Assembly: GCA_043803685.1 (NCBI GenBank)
Contig: JAZDJU010000037.1
Span: 1-64,000 of the forward strand
From: Candidatus Omnitrophota bacterium
GTDB lineage: Bacteria; Omnitrophota; Omnitrophia; Omnitrophales; Aquincolibacteriaceae
Direction of reading: 5' to 3'
DNA: 64,000 bases
Shown here: positions 19,733-29,256 of the stretch, in pieces
Position numbering within the stretch: position 1 is the stretch's first letter
Layout: every line of letters begins with the position of its first letter
Translations under genes and position numbers: made by a program
The notes under the pieces: model-generated
Database searches by the model: none
Seen by the model: the letters and a program-made list of their open reading frames with translations, nothing else
What the model was told of the DNA's origin: nothing

Positions 19733-19790
19733 AGTCTAGTACTCCATAGGTTAATAGACGCATATTACCCCTAGACTATTTTCTTGTCAA
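19731..19790 (-). promoter_or_regulatory. Sigma70 promoter with overlapping inverted repeat (candidate Rrf2 operator)
   Basis: TTGACA (19785-19790)-17 nt-TAATAT (19762-19767); ATAGTCTAG (19731-19739) and CTAGACTAT (19771-19779) form an inverted repeat. Confidence 0.6.
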
Positions 19791-19976
19791 ATATATTTAA
19801 AAAGTTTTTCCCGAAAGAATCTTGAAAAAGAGCCCCCTCTAGGGCAACCTCGATAGCTCCCATTCGCCCTACCTATAGTAGATTTTCAAAATAAGTTCCC
19901 GCGCCTTCCCCGCCACAGAACACGAACACACGCTAGGGTTGAAATCAAGAAAATGACACAATAAGGAGGCAACACA

Positions 19977-20222
19977 ATGAATATCGCAACCAAACAGACC
20001 TGGGAATACCTGGTGCGGGATTTCCTGGAGATCAAATGCACCCTTAAAGAACCCGAGCAGGAATTCCTTCTGGATTTCCTGAAAGGCAAAGGCGTCACGG
20101 GAGAAGCCATCCGGATGCACCCGGCTTTTTCGGTGGATGATCATCTGGTGATCATCATGGAGAACGCCGGATCAAAGAAGCGCGTCTTCTACCACCCGCA
20201 AAATCAGAGGATCGAGGAATGA
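19977..20222 (+). CDS. Small hypothetical protein (81 aa)
   Basis: Strong AAGGAGG SD, genome-like codon usage, fills a gap divergent from the Rrf2 gene. Confidence 0.75.
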   Translation: MNIATKQTWEYLVRDFLEIKCTLKEPEQEFLLDFLKGKGVTGEAIRMHPAFSVDDHLVIIMENAGSKKRVFYHPQNQRIEE

Positions 20223-20246
20223 TCTGCGCCTGCGGGCGCGTGAACA

Positions 20247-20305
20247 GCCGGGCCACGGGACACGCCGCACGCAATGCGTGGCCCCTGGCGCGTGGATCGT
20301 GGAAC
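20247..20305. repeat. Heptad-based palindrome between convergent genes
   Basis: ccacggg acacgcc gcacgca / gcgtggc ccctggc gcgtgga tcgtgga. Confidence 0.55.
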
Positions 20306-20312
20306 GTTTGAC

Positions 20313-21047
20313 TTAGAGATCGACGGCCTTGCGGAGCTCCCGGGACTCATACGAGGTGAGAAAACGGCCCTGGCCCGGCGCGAGATGGCCGAGCTTCAAG
20401 GGTCCGAAGGAAAAGCGATTGAGCATCGTGACATCATACTCGAATCGTTGGAACACCCGCCGGATCTGACGTTTCTTCCCCTCGCGAAGCTCCACCATGA
20501 CGATCCTCGGAGAGATCGGACGAATGTCCTCCAGCTTGAGAAAACCGTCGTACGAATGAAAACCTTCCAGCACCCGGTTGCGATCTCTCATATCCCAGGC
20601 GCGATTCAATTTCACCTGATACCATTTTTCCACATGAAATCGCGGATGGATCAGGCGATTCGCGAGCTCTCCGTCATTGGTCATGAGAAGAAGCCCCGAA
20701 GAATCCTTGTCCAGTCGCCCCACCGGGAAGACCCGGACACGATTGGTAGAGGATTGACGTGTTGCGTTCACAAGATGCCGCGGTAAAAGATCAAAGACCG
20801 TTTTCTTGGCATGCCGGTCCTCCGCCGTGACCACATAGCCTTCGGGCTTGTTGACGATGTAGTAAACATGCGGCGCGAGCTGAAGGACTTTGCTCCGGTA
20901 CATGATCGTGTCATTCTGAAAATCCACCTGCCGGCCCAGGTCCTGCACGACCTCGCCGTTCACAGAAATAGCGCCGTTGGCGACAAAGACCTCGCATTTC
21001 CTTCGGGATCCAAGCCCCGCGCTGGCCAAGGCATGCGCGATCCTCAT
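20313..21047 (-). CDS. rRNA pseudouridine synthase (RsuA/RluB family)
   Basis: N-terminal S4 domain (SRRKCE), NKPEG, VGRLDKDSSGLLLMTNDG, EGKKRQIRR. Confidence 0.94.
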   Translation of the reverse strand: MRIAHALASAGLGSRRKCEVFVANGAISVNGEVVQDLGRQVDFQNDTIMYRSKVLQLAPHVYYIVNKPEGYVVTAEDRHAKKTVFDLLPRHLVNATRQSSTNRVRVFPVGRLDKDSSGLLLMTNDGELANRLIHPRFHVEKWYQVKLNRAWDMRDRNRVLEGFHSYDGFLKLEDIRPISPRIVMVELREGKKRQIRRVFQRFEYDVTMLNRFSFGPLKLGHLAPGQGRFLTSYESRELRKAVDL

Positions 21048-21685
21048 CGTTTTCTAAGCTCCATGTAATAAAGAGACCGGCCCTCGGCCGCCCATTTGAG
21101 TTCGTAACTGGTCTTGTTCATCCCGCCCAAAATCCTTTCATTGACTGATTCGCGCACATTCTCCCAGAGCGCCCCTGTCACCGCCACAGTTTTCTTCATC
21201 GCGTCAAAATAGTCCTTATCGTCGGTGGCGACCTCGACGAGCCCCCCCGGCACAAGCCGCCCGTGAAGAAGCGTGAGAAACTCTGAGGTAAAGACCCTGC
21301 GGGTCTGATGTCGACGCTTGGGCCAAGGATCCGGGAAATAGACATGAAAAACGCTCACGCTTTCCAAGGCGATCGCTTCCATCAGGAACGCCCGCGCCTC
21401 GGCGCGCAGGAACCGGATGTTGGGAAGCGTCCGTTTCTGGGCCCGCGTCTTCCCGATATTCATGAATTTACTGACGCGGTCGATCCCGAAAAAGTTGGTC
21501 CCGGGATGTTCGATCGAGCGCGCGACAAGGAATTTCCCCTTACCACATCCGATCTCCATCTCGACCGGATGAGAATTCCCAAAAAGTTCGCTGAAACAGA
21601 GAGGAGCGTATTTTTCTTCTATTCTTCCCCTCTGTCTTTTCTCTAGGGGGTTGACGGGATCTGGAACTACGGACGCGCAAGCCAT
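21044..21685 (-). CDS. trmB: tRNA (guanine-N7)-methyltransferase
   Basis: EIGCGKG, FPDPWPKRRH, ATD, TSYE; exact start uncertain. Confidence 0.93.
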   Translation of the reverse strand: MACASVVPDPVNPLEKRQRGRIEEKYAPLCFSELFGNSHPVEMEIGCGKGKFLVARSIEHPGTNFFGIDRVSKFMNIGKTRAQKRTLPNIRFLRAEARAFLMEAIALESVSVFHVYFPDPWPKRRHQTRRVFTSEFLTLLHGRLVPGGLVEVATDDKDYFDAMKKTVAVTGALWENVRESVNERILGGMNKTSYELKWAAEGRSLYYMELRKR

Positions 21686-22731
21686 ACCAGGGTCTCCAAA
21701 TGCCGGGTCCTCGGGAAAAAATCGAACGGCATGATCTTGCGGACCTGCCAGCCCGCAGACATCAGATGTTTCAGGTCCCGCGCAAGCGACTCGGGTGAAC
21801 AGGAAAGATAGAAGAGCGACTTCAAACTTTGGGCTTCTCCCAGCGTTTTGAGCGCAGATTCTTCAAGACCGCCGCGCGGCGGATCGATTAAAGCCGCGCA
21901 TGGCTTACCCTGGAGCGTCGCTAAGACTTCCGGGAGATGGATTTCAACCTTTCCCTCAAGCATTTTGATATGGGTCAGTTTGTGATAGTCGACATTGAAC
22001 CGGGCCAAGGTCACGGAATCGCGGCATTCCTCGATCATGATCACCTCCTCGGCGCGACCGGCCAGCGCGATACCGAAAAGTCCGACGCCGGAGTAGAGAT
22101 CGAGAAAAACCGTATCCTTCTGCCACTCGATAAGACTTTCGATCCTTGAAACGATCGCGTCCAGGATCGCAAGATTCGCTTGGAAGAATGTGTCGAGCGC
22201 GTAAAAGATCTTGCGCCCTTTGACGACTGTCCAAAAATAGTCCTCCGGTTTCATCCGAAGCGAGCGGCGACCGATCCCACCCCAAAACACCCGCCCCTCG
22301 TCCCCGACGCGGACCACAAGATTCGCGACCTTATAGTCCTCCGGCAATTTCCACACCGCTTCTTCTTTCAAGGCAGGCAAAAAAGCATTGATCTCTTTGC
22401 GGGCGATAGCGCAGACCGTGACTTCCTGGAGCTTTTGCGTCGCGGGCAGCATAAAACCCATTTGCCGTTCGCCGTTATTCCTTTTACGCAAGGTCAGATC
22501 GAGACGATTCCGGTAATGGTAGACTTCCGGCGACGCTGTGATCGGCATAAAAATATCCTCGAGAAGACTGAGTTCCGCGGTGAGCAATCCCCTGAGGACC
22601 TCTTCTTTGCGGGAAAGCTCCTCCTCGTACGGAATGTCCTGATACTGGCATCCCCCGCAAGCGCCAAACAATGAACATAAAGGTTTATCTTTCAAAATAT
22701 ACTCCGGGATTGAAGGTGTCAGAGTGTCCAT
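21667..22731 (-). CDS. m5U RNA methyltransferase (RlmD/TrmA family)
   Basis: CSLFGACGGC Fe-S motif, FFQAN, DLYSGVG, DPPRGG, YLSC, DFFPRTRHLE; no TRAM domain seen. Confidence 0.92.
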   Translation of the reverse strand: MDTLTPSIPEYILKDKPLCSLFGACGGCQYQDIPYEEELSRKEEVLRGLLTAELSLLEDIFMPITASPEVYHYRNRLDLTLRKRNNGERQMGFMLPATQKLQEVTVCAIARKEINAFLPALKEEAVWKLPEDYKVANLVVRVGDEGRVFWGGIGRRSLRMKPEDYFWTVVKGRKIFYALDTFFQANLAILDAIVSRIESLIEWQKDTVFLDLYSGVGLFGIALAGRAEEVIMIEECRDSVTLARFNVDYHKLTHIKMLEGKVEIHLPEVLATLQGKPCAALIDPPRGGLEESALKTLGEAQSLKSLFYLSCSPESLARDLKHLMSAGWQVRKIMPFDFFPRTRHLETLVWLARP

Positions 22732-22794
22732 CAGAGTTTCAAAGAGTTGAAACCCAGGCCTTTGACATCGTGACACGCTGATACTCTGACACTT
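22714..22794. repeat. Octamer-based degenerate palindrome
   Basis: gtgtca-type units on the left; tgacatcg tgacacgc tgatactc tgacactt on the right. Confidence 0.5.
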
Positions 22795-22835
22795 TAACTT
22801 AGACAGAGAACAAATTCAAATATAGACTGTCCCTT

Positions 22836-23186
22836 ATGAACGATAAAATTTTCATTGAAGGGCTTAAAATCTCCTGCATCATCGGAACGCTCCCCCAGGA
22901 GCGCAAAAAGAAGCAGCCCGTCGTGATCGACCTGGAGTTCCCCGCCCCTGTTGGAAAAGCGGCAAGACGCGATGACCTGCGGGAGGCCTTGAACTATCAG
23001 AAGATCGTCGAGCACGCAACGGTGTTCGTCTCAAAAAGCAGCTTCTACCTGATCGAAACCCTTGCGGAGCGCCTCGCCCAGAGATTGCTCCGCGTGTTCA
23101 AGCTGAAGGGGATACTTCTTCGAGTTTCAAAACCCCAGGCGCTTCGAAACGCGAAAAATGTCGGCGTGGAGATCTTCCGGAAGTAA
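22836..23186 (+). CDS. folB: Dihydroneopterin aldolase
   Basis: DKIFIEGL...IGTLPQER...Q.V.IDL...LNY...LIETLAE...SKP.A...VGVEI. Confidence 0.93.
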   Translation: MNDKIFIEGLKISCIIGTLPQERKKKQPVVIDLEFPAPVGKAARRDDLREALNYQKIVEHATVFVSKSSFYLIETLAERLAQRLLRVFKLKGILLRVSKPQALRNAKNVGVEIFRK

Positions 23187-23196
23187 AAGAAACGAA

Positions 23197-25689
23197 TCAG
23201 GCGAGGATCTTTCTGAGTTTCTCGGAGGAAAGTTCCAGTTCATCCATCAGCTGATAGAGATGGGCTTCCTGTTCGCGGATGACATTGGGGATGGCCTGAG
23301 GGCTTCCCTTCCACGAGCGGAACAGGGCAAAAAGATCATCTTGCGCTTCGCGGCGGTCCAGAAAAACCTCGATCTTTTTAGCAAGACGGGCGATGGAAAG
23401 CAGCCGTTGCAACACTTCGGGATCAAGCCCTGAGATGAACTCGCGAAGTCCCCGGGTCAACTCCTCGCTCAGATATTGCGAGATCGGCTCCTTATGGATC
23501 AGAACATCCAGAGCCTTCGCGGAATCCATGATGCGGTACATAGAAAGCGTCCGCTTGGCCGGAAAACCTCTCGCGCCCCAGTCCCGCACCGCTTCCACCA
23601 TGCGTTTGCTTAAAGTGTGCTCGGCGGCGTAACGGAATTCGACAGGGATCGGCACGTTGATCGACCGGTAGATCTCGTTCATGCGAAGGTTCTCTTCGTA
23701 AATGTGCTCGTAAAAATTACTAACCTTCGCAATCGTCTCATGCGTCAAAATGCTGATGATCTTCGCGCGATCCCCGAGCCGAAGGTCCTTGAGCGCATAA
23801 TAGGTTTCCCCGAAATGCACGTCGATCCTCTTGGAGAGATCGAGGATCGGAAGCTGATAGAGCGCCTCGAAAAGCTCTTTTTCGAGCCTGTCGAATTCCT
23901 CGTCGCCGGCATAAGGTTTGACGGAACAGCGGAAGTCATAAAATCCGATCTGGATCACCACGAAAACAAGGTCCTGTTCTTCAAGCGTCGTCTGCGAAAC
24001 AACGCGCACCCGGCCGAAATTCATGGTCACGGTACCGAAAAACTCTTTACGTTGATGCAGGACGTGGAGATCAAAATTGAAGATCTTGACGATATCAGTC
24101 TTCGGGTCCGGCGCGTAAAAATTATCGAAAATAGAACCAATAGCGTAATAGCTCACCACATGGTGGAGCGTGGCGACCGCGGGCTTCACGTACTTCTCGT
24201 AAACCCCCTGGCCGTCCTTGATCGACTCGATATTACTTTTCGCTAGGGCCAGATGCTCCAGAAAATCCTTCTCAAAATTCAGGCCGCTCACCTCCCTGGC
24301 AAGATGGATCGCCCGGGCCGCGTACTGGAGAATCTGAACCGTTTCGATCCCCGAAAGCTCCGAGAAGAACCAGCCGCAACTCGTGTACATCAGCATAAGA
24401 TTGCGCTGCATCTCCAGAAGCTTCAGGCTTGTGGTGATCTCTTCTTTGGAAAGCTTCCTGAGAGCCTCACGGTCAAAAAAATCGGAAATAACCTCGGGGG
24501 TCCGCTTCAGGACCACCTGGATATAATGATCGCGGGCCGCCCAAACATCTTTCAGATATTTTGCGCCCTCTTTTTCATAGACCCGAGCCATCTCGTCCCG
24601 AAGCCAATCAAGCGCCCAACGAAGGGGTTTCCGCCAGTGCTGAGTCCAATTCGCAGGTCCATCGCCCCGGCATCCGCAATGGTCTTTCCACCGCGCCACG
24701 CCATGCGCACAGCTCCAGGAAGTCCCCTCGTTGTTTTCCCCTTCGATCAGACGCACTTCCTGGCGAGGCGGGTGTTCCTCAAGATACTCGCCGTAATTAA
24801 CGAGACGGTATCCATGCCGCGGGATCTCCATGTAAGTAAGATAAGCCAGCACGCGGTCCCCGTAAGCCTTGTGGTGACCATAAGTCTCTCCATCGGTCGA
24901 GATATGGATGAGTTGGGGACGCTCATGCCCCACGACCGCACTCTCGAGGCGCTTCATGAAAAGTTTCGCGTCGAAAAGAAGATTGTCGAAGCCGACGGAC
25001 TTGGAGATCGGCCCGTCATAAAAAAAGATGTCGATGAAAAGTGACGGATTGTTCCTGAGAAAATAGCGATAGGGTTCCTTCGGGTCAATACGCCCGCCGA
25101 GCACATCCTGCCATCCTCCGCCCTCCAGAGGCCGGACGGCCTTGGCCTGATGCGGCGACAAAATGATGTATTTGATCTTTTCCGAGACAAGGACTTCGAG
25201 CGTCTCTTCATTGCATGCTGTTTCTGACAGCCAGATGCTTTCGGGTAACCGCCCGAACCGGGAACGGAAGTCTTCGATCCCCCAAAGCACCTGGGTCTTT
25301 TTGTCGCGAAGATTCGCGAGCGGCATGATGATATGGTTATAGACCTGGGCAATGGCGTTGCCGTGACCTCGATGAGCTTCGCAACTCGCCCGGTCCGCCT
25401 GGAGAATGCTCCGGTAAGTGTCGGGATGTTTGGCTTCAAGCCAGGAAAGGAGCGTGGGACCGAAGTTAAAGCTCGTCCGCTCGAAGTTGTTGACGATCTC
25501 GACGATCTTGCCTTTGGCATCGAGGGCGCGGGCGCGGGAATTGGGATGATAGCATTCGTAATGAATGCGTTCGTTCCAGTCATGAAAAGGAGCGGCGCTG
25601 TCCTGCTGCTCAATCTCCTCGATCCAGGGGTTCTCCCGGGGAGGCTGGTAAAAATGTCCGTGGAGGCAGAAACAAACTTCGTTACCCAT
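23197..25689 (-). CDS. Glycoside hydrolase family 57 / DUF3536 protein
   Basis: HGHFYQPPRENPW, SFNFGPTLLSW, YNHIIMPL, WLSETA, TDGETYGHH, SWSCAHGV.RW, MYTSCGWFF. Confidence 0.92.
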   Translation of the reverse strand: MGNEVCFCLHGHFYQPPRENPWIEEIEQQDSAAPFHDWNERIHYECYHPNSRARALDAKGKIVEIVNNFERTSFNFGPTLLSWLEAKHPDTYRSILQADRASCEAHRGHGNAIAQVYNHIIMPLANLRDKKTQVLWGIEDFRSRFGRLPESIWLSETACNEETLEVLVSEKIKYIILSPHQAKAVRPLEGGGWQDVLGGRIDPKEPYRYFLRNNPSLFIDIFFYDGPISKSVGFDNLLFDAKLFMKRLESAVVGHERPQLIHISTDGETYGHHKAYGDRVLAYLTYMEIPRHGYRLVNYGEYLEEHPPRQEVRLIEGENNEGTSWSCAHGVARWKDHCGCRGDGPANWTQHWRKPLRWALDWLRDEMARVYEKEGAKYLKDVWAARDHYIQVVLKRTPEVISDFFDREALRKLSKEEITTSLKLLEMQRNLMLMYTSCGWFFSELSGIETVQILQYAARAIHLAREVSGLNFEKDFLEHLALAKSNIESIKDGQGVYEKYVKPAVATLHHVVSYYAIGSIFDNFYAPDPKTDIVKIFNFDLHVLHQRKEFFGTVTMNFGRVRVVSQTTLEEQDLVFVVIQIGFYDFRCSVKPYAGDEEFDRLEKELFEALYQLPILDLSKRIDVHFGETYYALKDLRLGDRAKIISILTHETIAKVSNFYEHIYEENLRMNEIYRSINVPIPVEFRYAAEHTLSKRMVEAVRDWGARGFPAKRTLSMYRIMDSAKALDVLIHKEPISQYLSEELTRGLREFISGLDPEVLQRLLSIARLAKKIEVFLDRREAQDDLFALFRSWKGSPQAIPNVIREQEAHLYQLMDELELSSEKLRKILA

Positions 25690-25811
25690 AAAGAAAGATC
25701 CTGCTTGTAAGATTGCGAGTCGCCTTGAGACTTCGGAGGAAGAATTATATCACAGGAAAAGGGCATGGCCGAAACGAACAATTCGAGCTTGGAGCTCGAT
25801 TAGCAGGAGGG

Positions 25812-27590
25812 TCAGTACCGGGGGTCGTTCCGTATCAGGTTCAAAAGCTCGAGGGCGGAGGCCTCCGGCCCCTTGCGTTCCCATCCTGAAACGCCAAGAC
25901 GCGTGCGCATCTGGCCCACAAAAAGGGCCTTTTTGAAAAAAGCTTCGAAGAATTTTTTGGCAAGTCCATCGTGCTCGACCTTGTACTGGATCGGACCAAA
26001 AACGTTCGAAAAGTAAGTGTGCACAAGCCCCGTGGTCTTCGTGGTCCCCTTGCTCATCACCGCCCCTTCGCGGAACACTTTGAGGGCCTCTTCCGACGTC
26101 TTGAACTGTTCGATGACGGGGTGATCCTCGTCGATATCTTCGTAATTATTCGCGTACAGGACGAAATCCACCGGATGCGGCTGAATAATGTTCGCGTAGG
26201 TCGTGATCGGTAGCGCGATCCGGGAATTCACCTTGGACGGGCTCATAATGATGGCCCGATCGATCTGTCCGAGAGCATACCCGGGCTTCAGGTCATCAAG
26301 CCGGAGGAAAGCCCCGGTCTCGGTCCCGTACCCGACGACATTCCCGTCCGCCGTAAGCTCAAGGGACCCCATATCGTCCGCGATCACCACAACGTCCTGG
26401 ATCTCCTCGGCCCCGAAACCGCGCATCGCCTCAAGCGTTTCGGATTTCCCGGCGCCGGTGTCCCCGATCAAAAGGAGCGTGGCTGGTTTCTTGTTCTTCA
26501 GATAGATCTTCATAAACGCCCCATGGAACGGCATGCGCCCGGTCTTGATGCGCCGGATGTTGTGCAGGGTCAGGATCATTTTTTTAAGATACCCGAAATA
26601 CCCGAACCGGTCCGACTCCGGGACCGCGCCGACCAGGATGTCGTTCTTTTCATCATCAAAGAACACGGTCGGAAAAACGCCCGGCCAATCGAGCGAACCT
26701 TCCGGGGCTCCGTAGAAAAAAACGGCGTCGGGCCGGCGTTTGAGGTCCTCGTCCGTGGCTAGCTCAAAAAGATTGCAAAGCGAAAGTCCCATCTCGAAGA
26801 ATTTTTCATTGAAATAGACCGAGATCAGAAGATCCCCGGCCTTGACAGGATAACAAAGCCATTCGTCACGTTTCAGATCGAACCGCCCAAGGGGATTTTC
26901 CTGAACCCTTTCGAATTTGCCTTCCCGCGTGTTGTTCAGCTGGTTGAGCACGAGCGGAGGATAAAAAAGAACCTGGCGGATCACGGGGATCACGTTCAAT
27001 TTCTCATAAAGACCTGAGGGATAGGGTGTCCGGACCGAGCAGAGGATCGCCGCCATTTCAGCGCCCGCGGCCACTTGGCGGTAAATGCGCGGGTGCTTGC
27101 CCGTGATATTCTCCTGGATCTCCCGGTAAGTCCGGCGGACAAGGTCTGTCAGGTCTTCGATCGTGTCGTTGAACGTACGGAAGGGACGCTTATCGAACTC
27201 CTCGTCCTCGGAATCGCAGAGGATGAACCGGTCGAAACTGCGCCAGTAATTGTAGAGATATTCAACGAAATCATTGAGGAGGTTCTTGTCTCGGAGAAAT
27301 TCCTCGGAGCCTGCGACAACGCGTCCGACAAGGTCTACTGGCATCTTTTCGAGAAATTCAAGCGTCTGGATCAGAAGCCGGACGTTGACGTCGTTCACCT
27401 CCTTCGCCCCGAACACCTTCAGAAGGAACGACTTGCGACGGTCGAGCGCCGCGACGGCATGACGAACGATCTCGTAACAGAGTTCGCTCTGGAGCAATTC
27501 CTCGGAGGAGTCGCAGATCTGGTTCTTCAACCGGATGAAGACTTTTTTCCCGGAGATCTTGAAAGAACCGGCAAAGGACGCGGCAGTCAT
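25812..27590 (-). CDS. PEP carboxykinase-like P-loop protein (divergent family)
   Basis: YFGYLKK, PFHGA, GDTGAGKSET (P-loop), IADDM metal-binding motif, N.R. Confidence 0.75.
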   Translation of the reverse strand: MTAASFAGSFKISGKKVFIRLKNQICDSSEELLQSELCYEIVRHAVAALDRRKSFLLKVFGAKEVNDVNVRLLIQTLEFLEKMPVDLVGRVVAGSEEFLRDKNLLNDFVEYLYNYWRSFDRFILCDSEDEEFDKRPFRTFNDTIEDLTDLVRRTYREIQENITGKHPRIYRQVAAGAEMAAILCSVRTPYPSGLYEKLNVIPVIRQVLFYPPLVLNQLNNTREGKFERVQENPLGRFDLKRDEWLCYPVKAGDLLISVYFNEKFFEMGLSLCNLFELATDEDLKRRPDAVFFYGAPEGSLDWPGVFPTVFFDDEKNDILVGAVPESDRFGYFGYLKKMILTLHNIRRIKTGRMPFHGAFMKIYLKNKKPATLLLIGDTGAGKSETLEAMRGFGAEEIQDVVVIADDMGSLELTADGNVVGYGTETGAFLRLDDLKPGYALGQIDRAIIMSPSKVNSRIALPITTYANIIQPHPVDFVLYANNYEDIDEDHPVIEQFKTSEEALKVFREGAVMSKGTTKTTGLVHTYFSNVFGPIQYKVEHDGLAKKFFEAFFKKALFVGQMRTRLGVSGWERKGPEASALELLNLIRNDPRY

Positions 27591-27597
27591 GGAAAGA

Positions 27598-28185
27598 CTA
27601 CTTGACCGGCCAGGCGGCCGCGATCCCAGCAACTTCTTCGAGCATTTTTTTCCGGTCCTCATCGGTCACGGTGGGAACAGAACCGAAATATTTATGACCG
27701 ACCATCTCCATCCCGCAAAACCGGAACGTCTCGTTATCAATGATCTGTTCCATACTCTTGATCCCGCCCGAAGACTCGGCGACCGCGAGCGGGGCACCTA
27801 GCGTATTGATGATGAAAACCTTCTTGCCCGGCAAAAGGCCCACGGGCCCGGTCGCTGTGTAATCGTAAGCAAACCCTTTACTAAGCACGCGATCGATATA
27901 ACCTCCCGCAACAGAGGGCATCCGTCCCCACCAAATGGGATAGAGAAATGTAAGTTGATCCGCCCAGCGAACGAGATCCTGCTCGATCGCGATGTCGCCT
28001 GGGATCTTTCCGGCAAGAAAGGCCTGAAAATCATCGGCCTTGAGCACGGGATCAAAACGCAAGGCGTAGAGATCGCGCACTCGGATCTCCTGCCCTTTGT
28101 CCTTCAAAACGCGAACCAGGGTTTCCTTGATAGCGTGATTAAAACTCGCGATGTTCGGATGAGCATAAACGATCAAATGTTTCAT
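27598..28185 (-). CDS. NAD(P)H dehydrogenase (quinone), flavodoxin-like fold
   Basis: VYAHPN..SFN, RDLY, YPIWW, IDRV...GFAY. Confidence 0.92.
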   Translation of the reverse strand: MKHLIVYAHPNIASFNHAIKETLVRVLKDKGQEIRVRDLYALRFDPVLKADDFQAFLAGKIPGDIAIEQDLVRWADQLTFLYPIWWGRMPSVAGGYIDRVLSKGFAYDYTATGPVGLLPGKKVFIINTLGAPLAVAESSGGIKSMEQIIDNETFRFCGMEMVGHKYFGSVPTVTDEDRKKMLEEVAGIAAAWPVK

Positions 28186-28272
28186 AGTGTTACCTCCTTT
28201 GAAAAACAGAACTTCAACTGCGCGTCATTTCCGGGATCTCTCGAAAGAGCTTTCGAAAACCCCCTCGAGGAA

Positions 28273-29229
28273 CTATAAGCGCCCCGCGTTCTTCAGGAAC
28301 CAGGCCACCGTGCGCCGGAGCCCGTCTTTGAAAGGCACGCCGGGCCGGTAGCCCAGAAGCCGCCGGGCCTTAGTAATATCCGCGGAGGTACGGTGAACAT
28401 CTCCGTCGCGTTTAGGAGTATAGCGGATCTTCACCTTTTTCAAACCGAGGATCTTTTGGATCCCAATGAGACAATCAATGACCCGCGCTTCCGAATGGGC
28501 CCCGATATTAAAAACCTGTCCGGAGATACCCGGTTTTTTCATGGCGAGAAGATTCGCGGCCACCACATCATCCACATAGATAAAATCCCGGGATTGCTTC
28601 CCGTCCCAGTGAACCTCGGGAGAGACCCCGTCTAAAAGACACTTGAGAAAAATGGGGATCACATTCGCGTAACGGGATCGCGGGTTCTGCCGGGGGCCGT
28701 AGACATTGAAATAACGAAGCGCGACCGTTTCAAGCCCGTACAGTTCAAAGAAGTTCCGACAGTAATATTCTCCCATGATCTTGGAAGCGGCGTAAGGAGA
28801 AGTGGGACGCGGCAGGTCCTCTTCCCCTGATGGGAACTTTTTCGTTTCTCCGTAGATCGAGGAGGAAGAAGTGAACAGGAAACGCTTCACGCCGGCCTGG
28901 CGACTCGCCTCAAGAAGTTTCAAGGTCCCGGTGACGTTCACTTCATGGGTTTCAACGGGCTGTGCCACGGACTGCGGCACGGAGGGGATGGCTGCCATAT
29001 GGAAAACGTAGGAAACTCCACGCAACGCCTTTTGAATATCCTGATCTTTCCGGATATCCCCGTGGAAAAATTCGATCTTGGGCCCCAAATGCGCGAGATT
29101 CTCCCGTTTCCCAGTCGACAAATTGTCGAGAACCCGGACCCGAAAATTCTTTGAGAGAAGTCCGTCCACGAGATTCGAGCCGATGAACCCTGCGCCCCCG
29201 GTGACAAGACAAAGTGGATTTTTTTTCAT
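28273..29229 (-). CDS. NAD-dependent nucleotide-sugar epimerase/dehydratase
   Basis: TGGAGFIGS, SSSSIYG, YAASK, RYFNVYGPRQ, RDFIYV. Confidence 0.95.
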   Translation of the reverse strand: MKKNPLCLVTGGAGFIGSNLVDGLLSKNFRVRVLDNLSTGKRENLAHLGPKIEFFHGDIRKDQDIQKALRGVSYVFHMAAIPSVPQSVAQPVETHEVNVTGTLKLLEASRQAGVKRFLFTSSSSIYGETKKFPSGEEDLPRPTSPYAASKIMGEYYCRNFFELYGLETVALRYFNVYGPRQNPRSRYANVIPIFLKCLLDGVSPEVHWDGKQSRDFIYVDDVVAANLLAMKKPGISGQVFNIGAHSEARVIDCLIGIQKILGLKKVKIRYTPKRDGDVHRTSADITKARRLLGYRPGVPFKDGLRRTVAWFLKNAGRL

Positions 29230-29256
29230 GCCTCCAAAGGACCTTTCAACCCCGAG

